A stretch of DNA of 53,027 nucleotides, counting the filler, from Bipalium vagum (Eukaryota), in NCBI GenBank assembly GCA_037834085.1. It is 3 parts of 3 records of this genome, joined end to end, with 100 filler letters (N's around TTAATTAATTAA, not from the genome) between each part and the next. Parts side by side here need not be neighbours in the genome. Positions count along the whole stretch, not along the records: positions 19,712 to 36,191 come from JBBMKC010103502.1; positions 36,292 to 53,027 come from JBBMKC010096202.1; 1 more part is not named here. The stretch is one strand, 5' to 3'. The notes under the pieces were generated by a model. It was not told the origin of the DNA. It did not search any database and was given only the letters and a program-made list of their open reading frames with translations. This document shows, in pieces, positions 26,864-38,237 of the stretch. Each line of letters opens with the position of its first letter. The first letter of the stretch is position 1. A program made the position numbers and the translations under genes.

Positions 26864-27073
26864 TTAACTGCCATAGGTGTAGTATTTCTGTTTATTCGAC
26901 TTTTTCCCTGTCTTGTCATTTCGTCTTCCGTTTTCATCGGAAAAATCACTTTCTTTGTATTCGTCCAAAAGGGGTCGGAACTCTTCGTATTTCCCTTTTA
27001 AATAGTTTTGAAAAATCAAAAAGATTTTCCGTTTAAGATTGTCTAAACTGTATTTTTTTTTGCTATAGTCCAT
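26864..27073 (-). CDS. Putative micro-protein B (69 aa)
   Basis: MDYSKKKYSLDNLKRKIFLIFQNYLKGKYEEFRPLLDE...; shares the 16-mer aagattttccgtttaa and protein similarity with 28820-29041. Confidence 0.5.
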   Translation of the reverse strand: MDYSKKKYSLDNLKRKIFLIFQNYLKGKYEEFRPLLDEYKESDFSDENGRRNDKTGKKSNKQKYYTYGS

Positions 27074-27453
27074 ATTGATTCGACAACAAAAGATATTATT
27101 ATTATTAAGTAAATTATACAAACAAATTAAAATTTTAATGTATTAAATGAGGTAAATTTGTGTAATAAAATTCGTAAATAATCACGGAATCCGTTTTTTG
27201 AAATCTTTACAATTTTACATGATTAAAAATAAATTGGAAATAAATGCAGGAAAATTATTTTGATTTTTTAAAATTATTTTTTAATATTTAAAAATATATA
27301 TTGAAATATTACTATTTTTAAGTGACAATTATTAATACGCGTAATATTGATATATACAGATAACTAAAATGATATTAATAACTATAATGAAATCCTTTTT
27401 AAAGTAACATTTAAAATCGATTTTAAAATACCTTTTTCGTATTTATTTCGATA

Positions 27454-27644
27454 TTATTTTAATCGATTTCAAAAAAGTTAAAAATAAATTATTTATTTAA
27501 TGTATAATTTTAATAATAATTTATAATAATATAATTTAATAGTATAATATACATAATAGTATTTAATAATATAATAATAGTATAATTTTATTTTAATCGA
27601 TTTCAAAAAAGTTAAAAATAAATTATTTATTTAATGTATAATTT
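27454..27644. repeat. Perfect 57-bp direct repeat (27454-27510, 27588-27644) around a 77-bp TAA-rich spacer
   Basis: ttattttaatcgatttcaaaaaagttaaaaataaattatttatttaatgtataattt occurs twice, 134 nt apart. Confidence 0.92.
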
Positions 27645-28819
27645 ATCCGAAATTAAATATTTTAAAAATAAATCTAATAATTAATTTAAAGATGAATGAG
27701 AGTCTAAGAAAAAGTTTTGGGATAATTATTTTGTAAAAAAAACTCATTTTTATGTAAACTAAAATTATAAAACATTTCAACATTAAAACAAAAAAAATTA
27801 AAAATTGAAAATAATTATGAAAGACACAAATATAATTATAGAAAAATTATTCAAATTTTAATTTAGAGTCTGAATTTTTTAATTTATTTAATATGTAAAA
27901 TTTTCAGTAAAAATAACAGACTTTAAAATCTTTTAATATTATTCAATCAAATTAATGAAAATATCAGATTAAATTAGAAAGAAATTTTAAATTCTTCTTT
28001 AGAAATTTTTTTTCTTTTAAAAATTTTCTAAATTAATAACTAAGCATTAATTTTTAATCATTAATTTGTTAGGTTCCATAAAGGCACGAACATTAGATCT
28101 AAAGGCCACCAAGAGTCTATAATGATAATCATAATAATAATTAATTAATTAATTAATTTAATTAATAACCTTATCTCGCCGGTCGTCATTCAATCTTTAC
28201 TATAATAATAAAAAAATGTGTGTTTTTTAAAATAGTATTAAATTAATTAGCCTGGCAGTCAGTTTCAAACAAAAATATGTTTGTGTCCCGAATTTGGTTT
28301 ATATAATAACGATCTTTGTTTGAATTTAATGACAATTGTTTAAAAGTTCACAAATATTAGTTTTCGTAATAAGCAACCACGACGTTGGAGTAACACTTTG
28401 TGAGTGAAAACAACTCGCAAGTATCAATCAAAGTGCTTTATACATTTTTTAAAAATATATAATTTACATATTTTATTTTTCCGTAAAATGAAACAAATTT
28501 CATCAAAATTAAATTTAAAGTAACTCTCATTTTAGCGTAATTCATTTCTGTTACTGAGAAAGGGAGGTCATTTTTCAGAATTTTTCTTAGAATTTTATCA
28601 ACAGTTTCATAGAAAATAAAATTATCAAATTGTCTTTCCGAAATATTTTTATTATGCACTCATTGGTAAACTGAAATTTAAAAAAATTTATTTGGCTCGG
28701 TCGTGTTTAATAAAATAATTTAATTATAATAATATAATAATTAATTATTAGTTACTCGTAGCATAAAAAATCAGAAAGAATTAAAAGTAATGACAAAGCA
28801 AAAATTTTATTATAACAAT

Positions 28820-29041
28820 TCATCTGCAAAAATAAAGAGGCATAGAGGAAAACTTTCGTTTTTCGGGTATTGCCTGCTGATTCTTCTCTGGGTATTTTCT
28901 GCTTTCGAAACCATCATTTACTTCAATGTCATCGACAAGGGGTTTGAGCTCTTGATATTTACTTTTTGAATTTTTCTGAACGACGTTTAAGATTTTCCGT
29001 TTAAATTTTGCTAAATTTATTTCCACATTGTTAAAAGACAT
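28820..29041 (-). CDS. Putative micro-protein C (73 aa)
   Basis: MSFNNVEINLAKFKRKILNVVQKNSKSKYQELKPLVDD...; paralogous to B. Confidence 0.5.
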   Translation of the reverse strand: MSFNNVEINLAKFKRKILNVVQKNSKSKYQELKPLVDDIEVNDGFESRKYPEKNQQAIPEKRKFSSMPLYFCR

Positions 29042-29330
29042 TTTAATTCGATATCACAATTTATCCACCATTAAATACTTTATTTAAACAAATAAATAAT
29101 TAATTTAGCAAATTTTTCAGTTCTATCTCTTGTGAAATTAAGAAAGTAAATATCATAAATATAAAATATTTAAAATTAAATAAAATTATTTTAATTATTC
29201 TTTGGTTTGTTATTTAAGCTTATAATCAATAAAATAAAACAAATTATTTTGAACGGAGTCAGTCGCTTCACTTTATTTGTGTATCAATCAAGGTTGTGTT
29301 AATTTTGATGCCTCGTGGATTCGACTAGAG

Positions 29331-29860
29331 CAGTGGTTCTCAACTCCAGGGTCACGATCCCAAAAGGAGTCGGCAAGCATTTTTAAAGGTCGCTGAATTT
29401 TGGTAGGTTTACAAATCATTACATGTGAAAAATCGTTATTATGATGTTATTAAATAGGTTGTTATGATTATTAAACTACTTCTGCTCACAATAATCTTAA
29501 ATACTGCAGTTAAGTGTTTTACATATAATTTTATTATCTGATAATCTTATTATTATAGGTAATTTATTACCTGTTGTAAATCAATGAAATGTATATCAAA
29601 TGATAACTAAATATCATTTGATTCAATATATTAATAATATATACTATATATCATTTCACTTATAACACAATATTATTTCAAAAAACTCGTTGAATGACAT
29701 CAACGATGAGAAAGCGCCCATAAACGTGTAAAAGAGAAACATTATCAGCATCCTCATTAACTTTTGGCAAATTGGTTTTACTGAATATGGTGAGATATGA
29801 CTTATTTTTGTTAATATTGATTTTCTTTTGGGTTGCCATAGAAAATGTCGAGAACCGCTG
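29331..29860 (+). mobile_element. Non-autonomous hAT-Charlie element (530 bp)
   Basis: TIRs cagtggttctcaac / gtcgagaaccgctg; 8-bp TSD gactagag / ggttagag fits the Charlie-type target with central TA. Confidence 0.85.
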
Positions 29861-31397
29861 GGTTAGAGAATTTGTTTGGGTGACAGAACCTTGTTTCGCA
29901 TGATATTCATTAATTTCGAGAGGAATCTTCGTATCAGTTGTATTCCTTGTAAATAAAGTCTTACATCCTTCAGAATTTCGGATCAAAAATAATTCTCGAA
30001 ACCACATGCTATTCTAAGTAATTTATGCATTTTATTTAAATAAAATTTGAATTTACTTCACTTGTCTGAAATATCAAAATTTTATTATGATATTATCTAA
30101 AAAAATTTCTGTTCGATATTAGTTTATTACCATGATTTTGGTTGTACCCAGAGCGAACATGGAAACTAACTGGTTATAAAAGTAGAGGGAAATTACCGAT
30201 TGACTTGATCTATAAATAAATAATTAAATTGTATTTTGCTTTAGCAAAAGTAATTCGATTTCCATAACACTGATCTCTTGCTTTATTTGGAATTTATATT
30301 CATTAAATCATCAGTCAATTTTCATTGTTTTTCTGATTATTTTATCACATAATAAATTTGATGTCGTATTTATTCTTTTTTCGTGTCCTGTTATATTTGT
30401 TGAAATAAACAATCTAATGCAACGAGAAAATATTTAGTTACATTGACATGTGAAATGGTTTCTGATACAATCAAATAAACATTTGAATTTTTGTAGATAA
30501 GTATTGATTATAAACGAACACGATTATAAGATTCGGCAATAAGCTTGGGTAAAATAAGTAACATGGATTTTAAAAATTTATAAGTTATTTAAATATATTA
30601 AAAACATCTGTTTTGGTCTCATAAGGGTATTATGCATTTTCAGTTGCTGTAACCTGGGTGTGAAGTGGAAGAGATCACAAAAATAAATTGAAAAAGTGCT
30701 CAGCTTTTGCAAACTGAAATAAAGTCATTATTCATCAGAATAATGAACAACCGATAACACAAAGACAGTACAGAACATTATCGACTTAAGCTGCAACCCT
30801 TCCTCATACCTTTTGCAGTCGAAACATTGAACCTTATGACTATCATCTGTTTCGGGAAATCTTTTATTCAGGAATAAATTACTTATGAAGCTGTAATTAT
30901 TTATATCTAATTTCTCTTCATTGCAAAACACTAAATTTGCATGTCATTATGAATTGACCGTTTTTTGTAATAAATGTAACTTGTCGATCTAATAATACAA
31001 TTTTTCAATTCCCATCTGAATAAATATCTGAATAAATATATTCTTGTACGTACAAAATCTTAAACTTAACTTTTTTTTAACATTTTCCTATTTAGAATTT
31101 CAATTATAACTTTAAAATTCAGTATTATCCAATCATTCTATTAACTTTATTTTGACTTAGTTTTTCCAGACTTTTTTATATCTTTCAATTAGAAATACTC
31201 TTTCTTCATCAAAGGTTAAACAAATTTTAATTTTTTGTAAAAGCTTTTTAAAAATTTACTATTAATATTCTAAACCGTTTGAAACCTTTAATTCTATCAA
31301 TTTTTTAAATACGGACTAACCTTATTATATATATTATCAAGAAAAAATAAAAATCAAACAAATTTGTATTATAAAAATGGTACAAATCTCTAATCAA

Positions 31398-34300
31398 TCA
31401 TGAACGACTGACAAGACATGCTTGAATTACCCCAAACGTCGATGAAAGCATCCAATCATTGTTTGGTCGTTCCTTTTCCGCACGAGAAACTATTTCTGCT
31501 GTCAATCCGACTTGAACATCACACTTCAAAACACGCAAAGCAGTCAGTGGAGCCGGGGTGAATCCTCGCAAGCTGTCTACGAAATTCGTATTTTGGGGCG
31601 ACCACTGCAAATCGCCAACAAGTTTTCGGTAATTCAAGTCACCCTTGAAAATCAATAACGCCGAATTGCAAAGTTCACTGTAAAAGTCAGGATATATTCG
31701 GGACATGTGACAAAATGGATGGGGCGAAGTTAAAAACGGGTGACAGCGAACCGTTAGAGCACCATTGCCGTCACTGCTACCAATACAGCTGACTCTATCA
31801 AGATCATTTTGTGCCAATCGCGAAGCAATTCGTTGACCCAACCACTGGTTGAGTGGATGTGACGAAGACTGGCACAAATAATCGATTGTTTGTTCAAAAT
31901 CACGCTTCGTCACATCCGACACGTACCAGGGCATAGATTTTACATACAATACCACTTTCGTTGCCAAACGAGACGATAATAGAAATTCCACCAAATGCAA
32001 ATCGGCCAACAATTCACAGCCGCAATTGTCCAAGAAAATCGAAACAACAATTTCCTGTTGTCCTTTCATTTTTGTAAATAGCAATTCAAAAACATCTTGC
32101 ACATTATCGATTAATAATTTTCCATTGTTATCTGCGACGATTCTGTCGGGGCTTAATGCCTTAACTTTGCTTCTGTCGTCTTCGATTGAAAGTGACAAAT
32201 CGACCTCGTTGCTCCACAAACACATCTGAAAAACCGGACACAGAAAAATTGATTTTCTTTGAAATCGATGTCAAGATCAAAAAGAGAATGGAAAATTGGA
32301 GAGGAAAGAAAGAGTTTTGAAATGAGTATTTAAAATCAACTTTATAAAATCAGGTCGGGAAAAGAACGAGAAAAACCAATCAATAAAGAGACTGAACAAT
32401 TTAAATCGATAATTTTATACATAAATAAAATTATCGGAAAATGGAAAATAAAATAAGAAAAAAACATTTCTGTGACCATGGGAGGAAGTAAATCAATCAA
32501 AAAAATTGTATCGATTTTTTTAAAATAATAATAAAAAATAATTAAACACTAAAACATTAAAATTGAAGAATAAAAAATTTAACTTTTGATTAATTAATTA
32601 TTATTTTGTATTTTTGAAAATATCCAAAAGAAAAAAGGGAAAATCAATAATAGTATCTACCTGAAAAAAAATGAGAAATATAAAATTTTTATAAAAAAAT
32701 CTGTGCTTTAGGTGAAAAATATTTTTAAATCAAATGAAAATTTTTGTATTTTGAAAAAAATTCAATTTTATTTTTAACGAAATATCAATGTTTTCATTAT
32801 TATTATTATCATTTATAATTATTAATATTTTTTAAAATATATTTTATTAATTAATATCCTTAATATTATCGTTATTTTAATTACAAATTAAAATTCTAAT
32901 TCTAAATGAGTCGATAAATCTGTGTAAATGTCTGGAAGAATTTTTAATTTATTTAATTATTCTTCAATCAATAAACTACTAAAATGAAAACAATGTTTAT
33001 TTATCAAAAACGTGATCATTTTTCCAATGACGCAATAACATCGATTATAAATAAAAACAATTAGAAATTGCAAACTGTCTAATCGGTTATTTAATTTATT
33101 TAAGCTTTAATAAAAATTTCGATAATTTTCATTTCTTTTAATCGACATGTCATATTTTTGGTTTGAAACAACAAAACAACCAGATATTTATTGTTTAAAA
33201 ATCACATATCTATAATCTAATCGAAAGTGGCATCCTTACTTCCCTCGTAGAGTTCTATGACCCGACTATAAATGAAACAACATAAATTAGAAACGAAAAA
33301 GACCAAAACAAATACGTGTTCAAAAAACTGGATTCTGATGATGACGAGAGGAAGAGAGTGGTAGAATTATGCACCAAAAGATAAAAGTGAAGCAGTGTTT
33401 CAAAATCACTTTTACAGTTTTAAAAAATGTGAAGGAAATCAATTGATTAATGTCAAAATAGTTAAATGTAATAACTTCATTACACACAAAAATCGATTAA
33501 ATTCGTGTTGTTAATTTTGCTTTAATTGATCAAAAATATTTCTGAATAATATTACTGATATCATTATTATTAAACATAATTATTATTTATTAATTATTTC
33601 GTTAGATTTTTTTCATAAAAATTAAACAACATTATAATTTTTATATTAGTAAATATTGAATTATTGATAATAATTTGAAATATATGCTAAACGATCATTG
33701 TCTAATTGATTTTAATCAGTAAAAAAATGTCATCCAAATTTAAATATTTCCCAATATCGATTTGTACAACTTCTAATTTTTAATTCATTTTTCTATATTT
33801 ATTAATTTTATTTTATTATTATATTCTATTTTTCTATAAATATTAACATAATAATTTGTTTTCAAAATCCAAAGAGTAAAGATTTTTAATAATTTACAAG
33901 AATCATATTTTGTAAATTATTGAAAATTTTTTGTTTATTTAAACTCTTCCCGTATTTTTATTTTATATTTTAAAAGGTACATATATTTTTAATTAAAAAT
34001 TCTTCCAGATTTTTCTTCGATATATCTAAAATAATTCATAATAAAGGTAATAATAAATGATTGTAATTCATAAGAACTTAAACAAGTCAATGTCTGAATC
34101 AAGCCGTTCTTAAGTCCTCTTTTATTTCAATTTTGATGGAAAAATTTAAATTTAGGCTTCTAGCCAATCAAAATGACTAAGCAGGAAAAAGGTAAAAATT
34201 CGATATATTAAAATAAATATTTTGATCTTTCTCTCGTCACCTATACCAATAGCATTGAAAAATATTTTATCAAAAACAATGGAAAAATAAGTCGATAATG

Positions 34301-35065
34301 AAAAATATTCAAATAATAGAAAATCAAATTTAAAAATAAAACAAACTTTTAAAATCGTTTCAAAATAGGAAAATAATTGCAATTTGTTCTCAGTTTTGAT
34401 GTTATCAGATTCAAGATTTGAGCAGATTTCAACGAGGAAGTCTGTGAGATATTGCTGAATGACAACGGCTTTTTGCAAAAGTTCCTCTTTCTCAAAACCA
34501 AATTGATCCAAGTCACGCAGCCCACTGTAGGAACCCATAGCTGATTATGAAATACAATCAATGTATAAAACCTTTTCAAAATGGCTTCGTATATTCGTCG
34601 GTACATGTAACACTCTCCAAATAAAAAGGAACATTTGAACCAAGATACCTCGTCATTGGAAATACCCGATTCAATTAGTCGACGTTTTTCTTCCAGAATG
34701 GCTTCATTCCACATATTTTCATCACCAAAGCCGCAATTGTCGAAAGCAGTCAATGTTTTGTCTGTCGTTAATTCATGCCTCAATCGTGACATTTCGGCAG
34801 TTATAAATTTCAAATCGTCGACTTTGTCCTATTCGTGGTCGTAAAAAGAAGTATATACAATAAGATATTTTTACAGATCCCATTTTATCTGTAATCAATT
34901 TTTTATTTCTATATAGAGAATCGACAGTTCTTGCTATTATTACAGGTAGTCTGTCTTTGAATGTATAATAAGCAAATGAACTAAAAAAATTAATTTATAA
35001 TAGAATATCATATTTGTTACGTACTTCACATAAAATGGAGATAATGGAGGAGGAATATCAAACAT
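31398..35065 (-). CDS. ARMT1: Damage-control phosphatase ARMT1 / DUF89 family protein, 5 exons: 35065-35025, 34980-34875, 34828-34572, 34524-34347, 32225-31398 (1410 nt, 469 aa)
   Basis: Manually spliced GT-AG model stays in frame: MFDIPPPLSPFYVN-SFAYYTFKDRLPVIIARTVDSLYR...SWFKCSFLFGECYMYRRIYEA...LRDLDQFGFEK...ILK-MCLWSNEVDLS...FLDNCGCELLADL...VKSMPWYVSDVT...IFKGDLNYRKLVGD...LRVLKCDVQVGL. These are the characteristic ARMT1/DUF89 motifs, and exon GC is clearly above background. Confidence 0.95.
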
Positions 35066-36191
35066 TGGTATAATGAAAAATATATATGTATCAATAAAAT
35101 TTAAAGAAAAATAAAAGTAAAATATGAAATTCAAATTGAAATGAAATTGAAATGACATATTTAAACAATATCTAAATAACTAATATGTCGACTGATTGTT
35201 TATGATATTTGAGATAGTATATAAATTTCATAAAATTGCATTGTGACTAAACATTATTTTTGTTAAGAAATATTTGATTTTTTAAATATTAAAAACTGAA
35301 TATTTAATTTGATTAACTAATTAACAGTTTTATGGATCGTAAAATACATCTAAGATAGTTAAGAATTCCTAAAATAGACCATTTGAAAAAGCAAAATAAA
35401 TTGTTAGAAAATTAATAAATGTTGAAATATTTAAAATTTTGCATGATTATGAGCTTATAGGGAAATCTTAATTGTTTCAATATTAATACTTTATCCTTAG
35501 AAAGTTTTTATTATATTACATTCGATATAGTCACCAAACATGACATCAAAATTTTTAAAGTTGCTTATAGGAAAATATTGCATATATCAAAATTGGTATA
35601 TGAAAAAAATCGTAAATCACTGTAGTAAAGAAAGAATAAATGCAAAACCAAAGATTATTTATAGTTTTAGATTTTTATAAACCGCTTTTTCTGGAATTCT
35701 TCTAAGAAAAATATTTTCTTGAGCTAGAAAGTTTGCCCTCTCCGACCACTCTATTGCTACATTAAAGAAATCAACCACGTTAGGTATGTCTGATTTATTA
35801 AAATTAACATCATTACGGTTTTCATCGAAGACTTCTTCGTAGCCACCATCTTCTTAAAGTCTTCTATGCTTTTTCCTGTAACTGATTCCATAAAAACAGG
35901 TGTAGTCGCAAAGTTTTGTGGAACATAGTGCATTTATAATGGTTACTTTTTTCTTAATAATAATTAATTATAGTATTTTTTTTACTTTTTATACAATGCC
36001 GTCCATATGTTTTGGGCCACCCTGTAAATATCGAAATAATTGTAGATTACGAATTATATTAAAAGTCTTATGATTTGAACTATGTTAATTTAGAAATAGG
36101 TTTATGTTAGCTTTAAACTCATTAAAAAATTATTTTAAAAAATTATTGTATAATTATTAAAATAGATTTGTTATGTTAAGGCGTTTTTTAA

Positions 36192-36291
36192 NNNNNNNNN
36201 NNNNNNNNNNNNNNNNNNNNNNNNNNNNNNNNNNNTTAATTAATTAANNNNNNNNNNNNNNNNNNNNNNNNNNNNNNNNNNNNNNNNNNNN
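36192..36291. other. Artificial assembly spacer (N44-TTAATTAATTAA-N44)
   Basis: Same 100-nt construct as 19612-19711. Confidence 0.95.
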
Positions 36292-36360
36292 GATATATAA
36301 ATTATATATTTCTGATTTGTTTAAGTACCTCAAAATTAAGGCCAAAACGATTCATGTAAA

Positions 36361-36384
36361 AAACGCACTTTCCGGACAACCCAA
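36361..36384. mobile_element. Isolated mariner TIR of the same family as 44281
   Basis: aaacgcactttccggacaacccaa followed by TA is a near reverse complement of TA-ttgggttgtccggaaagttcgtgcgttt at 44281. Confidence 0.75.
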
Positions 36385-38237
36385 TATATTTTACCGGTTC
36401 ACAATACATAGCATTTGGCCAACTTTTACTCTCGCGTTTTGCATTTTTAAATACTTTTTCACCCAATTTTGTATGTCTCGTGTTATAGTCGGGTGACGTT
36501 GCGTATCTACGGTATATATGACCTTAAGATACATATCGCATAAATCAATGTGTAATTCGCACAGGGACTGTAATAATCTTTAAATTCCTTAGACCTTCGC
36601 ACGGCGTTATAAACAAAACGAGTACATTAAAAGATGTTGGCCTAATATTTTTCAAACAAGAGTTGCTTATGCTATAAAACATACCATTTTTTAATAAATT
36701 TTGTTATTATGTCTTTTTATATAAAATAATAGTCCTAACTCCAAGTTAATTTAAGTTTAGAAATATAAAGATACATAAGAAATGAGATGCATACTTCTTC
36801 ACCGTCTGAATCAGAAAGTTTTTGAAATTATATATAAAATAATATTCTAAATTAAACTTCTTCAAATTAATTTTAATATGGAATATATAAAATTATAATA
36901 AAAATATTACTACAGAAAATTTGACAAATTTATTTAAAAATTATGAAAATATTTCAATGATTAAAACAATTTTAATCAAATTTTATTGCATATATAATTA
37001 AATTTCCTAGATTTTTCTCTGAAAGTAAAAATCTGGTGAAAAAAAATAATAAAATAAAAATAAAAATGAAACTCAGTTAATAGGTAACACCATTTAAAAC
37101 TAAAAAATGTCAGTTATATTGAGGTCAGTAATTAAAATAATTAATTTCCTTTAAATTCTTAGAAATATATAAACATTTTTAAAGGTCAAAGTGTGATTAT
37201 ACATATTAAAATTATATTACCATAATAATAGTAATTAGTAATTAATAATTAGTAATTAACTAATCCTATTCTGAAAATTAAGAAAAATACATAAATAATG
37301 CTGTAAAACTTTTATAACAATTTCACTGTATATATAGAAAAATATTATTTATATATTTTATTTCAAATCAATAAAAAATTTTACTATTGTGCTATATTTT
37401 TTATCGAATATTCAATATAATTATTGAATTTCAGGAATGGAAATAATAAAAGTATTAACCAAGACAGAAATGTAAGAGAATAAAAATAATGTAGTAAAAC
37501 ACTCTTTTTAAAGTCTCTTAGTAAATGTTTTGCTATTACAACGTTTTGTATTTGAGAAAAATATAAAAATTAGATTTAAATTTTTTTTTCTTTTCACATT
37601 ATTTCATTTCTTATAAATAATTCTTTTAAAAAAGTTTAGAACAGTCTACATAATATTATAAAAAATATATTTTGAAAAGAAAAAACTTAATAATTTTCCG
37701 AAGATTTTTTTAAAATTATTAATTATTTTACACATATTTGTGTAATTTGATGAAAATAATTTTTCACAAATTTTGTAAAATTTTTCTCATTTCGAAAAAT
37801 CAATTATGGAAATATTTATATAATTAAAAACTTTTTATTAAAATTTTTACTGGAAGAAATGACTTTCAAATATACGAAAAACAGTGAAAAAAATTTAAGT
37901 AACAAAATATAAATTAAATACAAATAAATTACATGTTTTAAAAATATTCACTTCAAAAATATACGAACTTAAATATACTTAAACCAATCCCAGAACTATT
38001 TATTTCAATACAAGGTATGTCTGGTGGATTTGAACATCTTCAAAGCATGATGGTTCATGTTTTGAAATCACTGATCATTGCATTTACTATTGAAAACCGG
38101 AAAAATAATGATATACTAAATCAGGACAATGAGATTGGTGTGTCTTTATCTCAACTTTTTCACAATTTGACCTTGTCATTATTCAATAATAAAAACAATA
38201 ACTTGAAAAATACTTCTATGCTTACATCTTTCATAAA

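Noticed and set aside
29678-30007. 109-aa ORF
   Set aside because: It spans the end of the hAT element and flanking DNA and has no recognisable motif, so it is probably a chance frame.
34152-35158. Three separate ORFs (34152-34538, 34349-34813, 34940-35158) and the antisense ORFs 34635-34844, 32026-32229 and 42618-42857
   Set aside because: They are pieces of spliced ARMT1 exons or antisense shadows of real exons.
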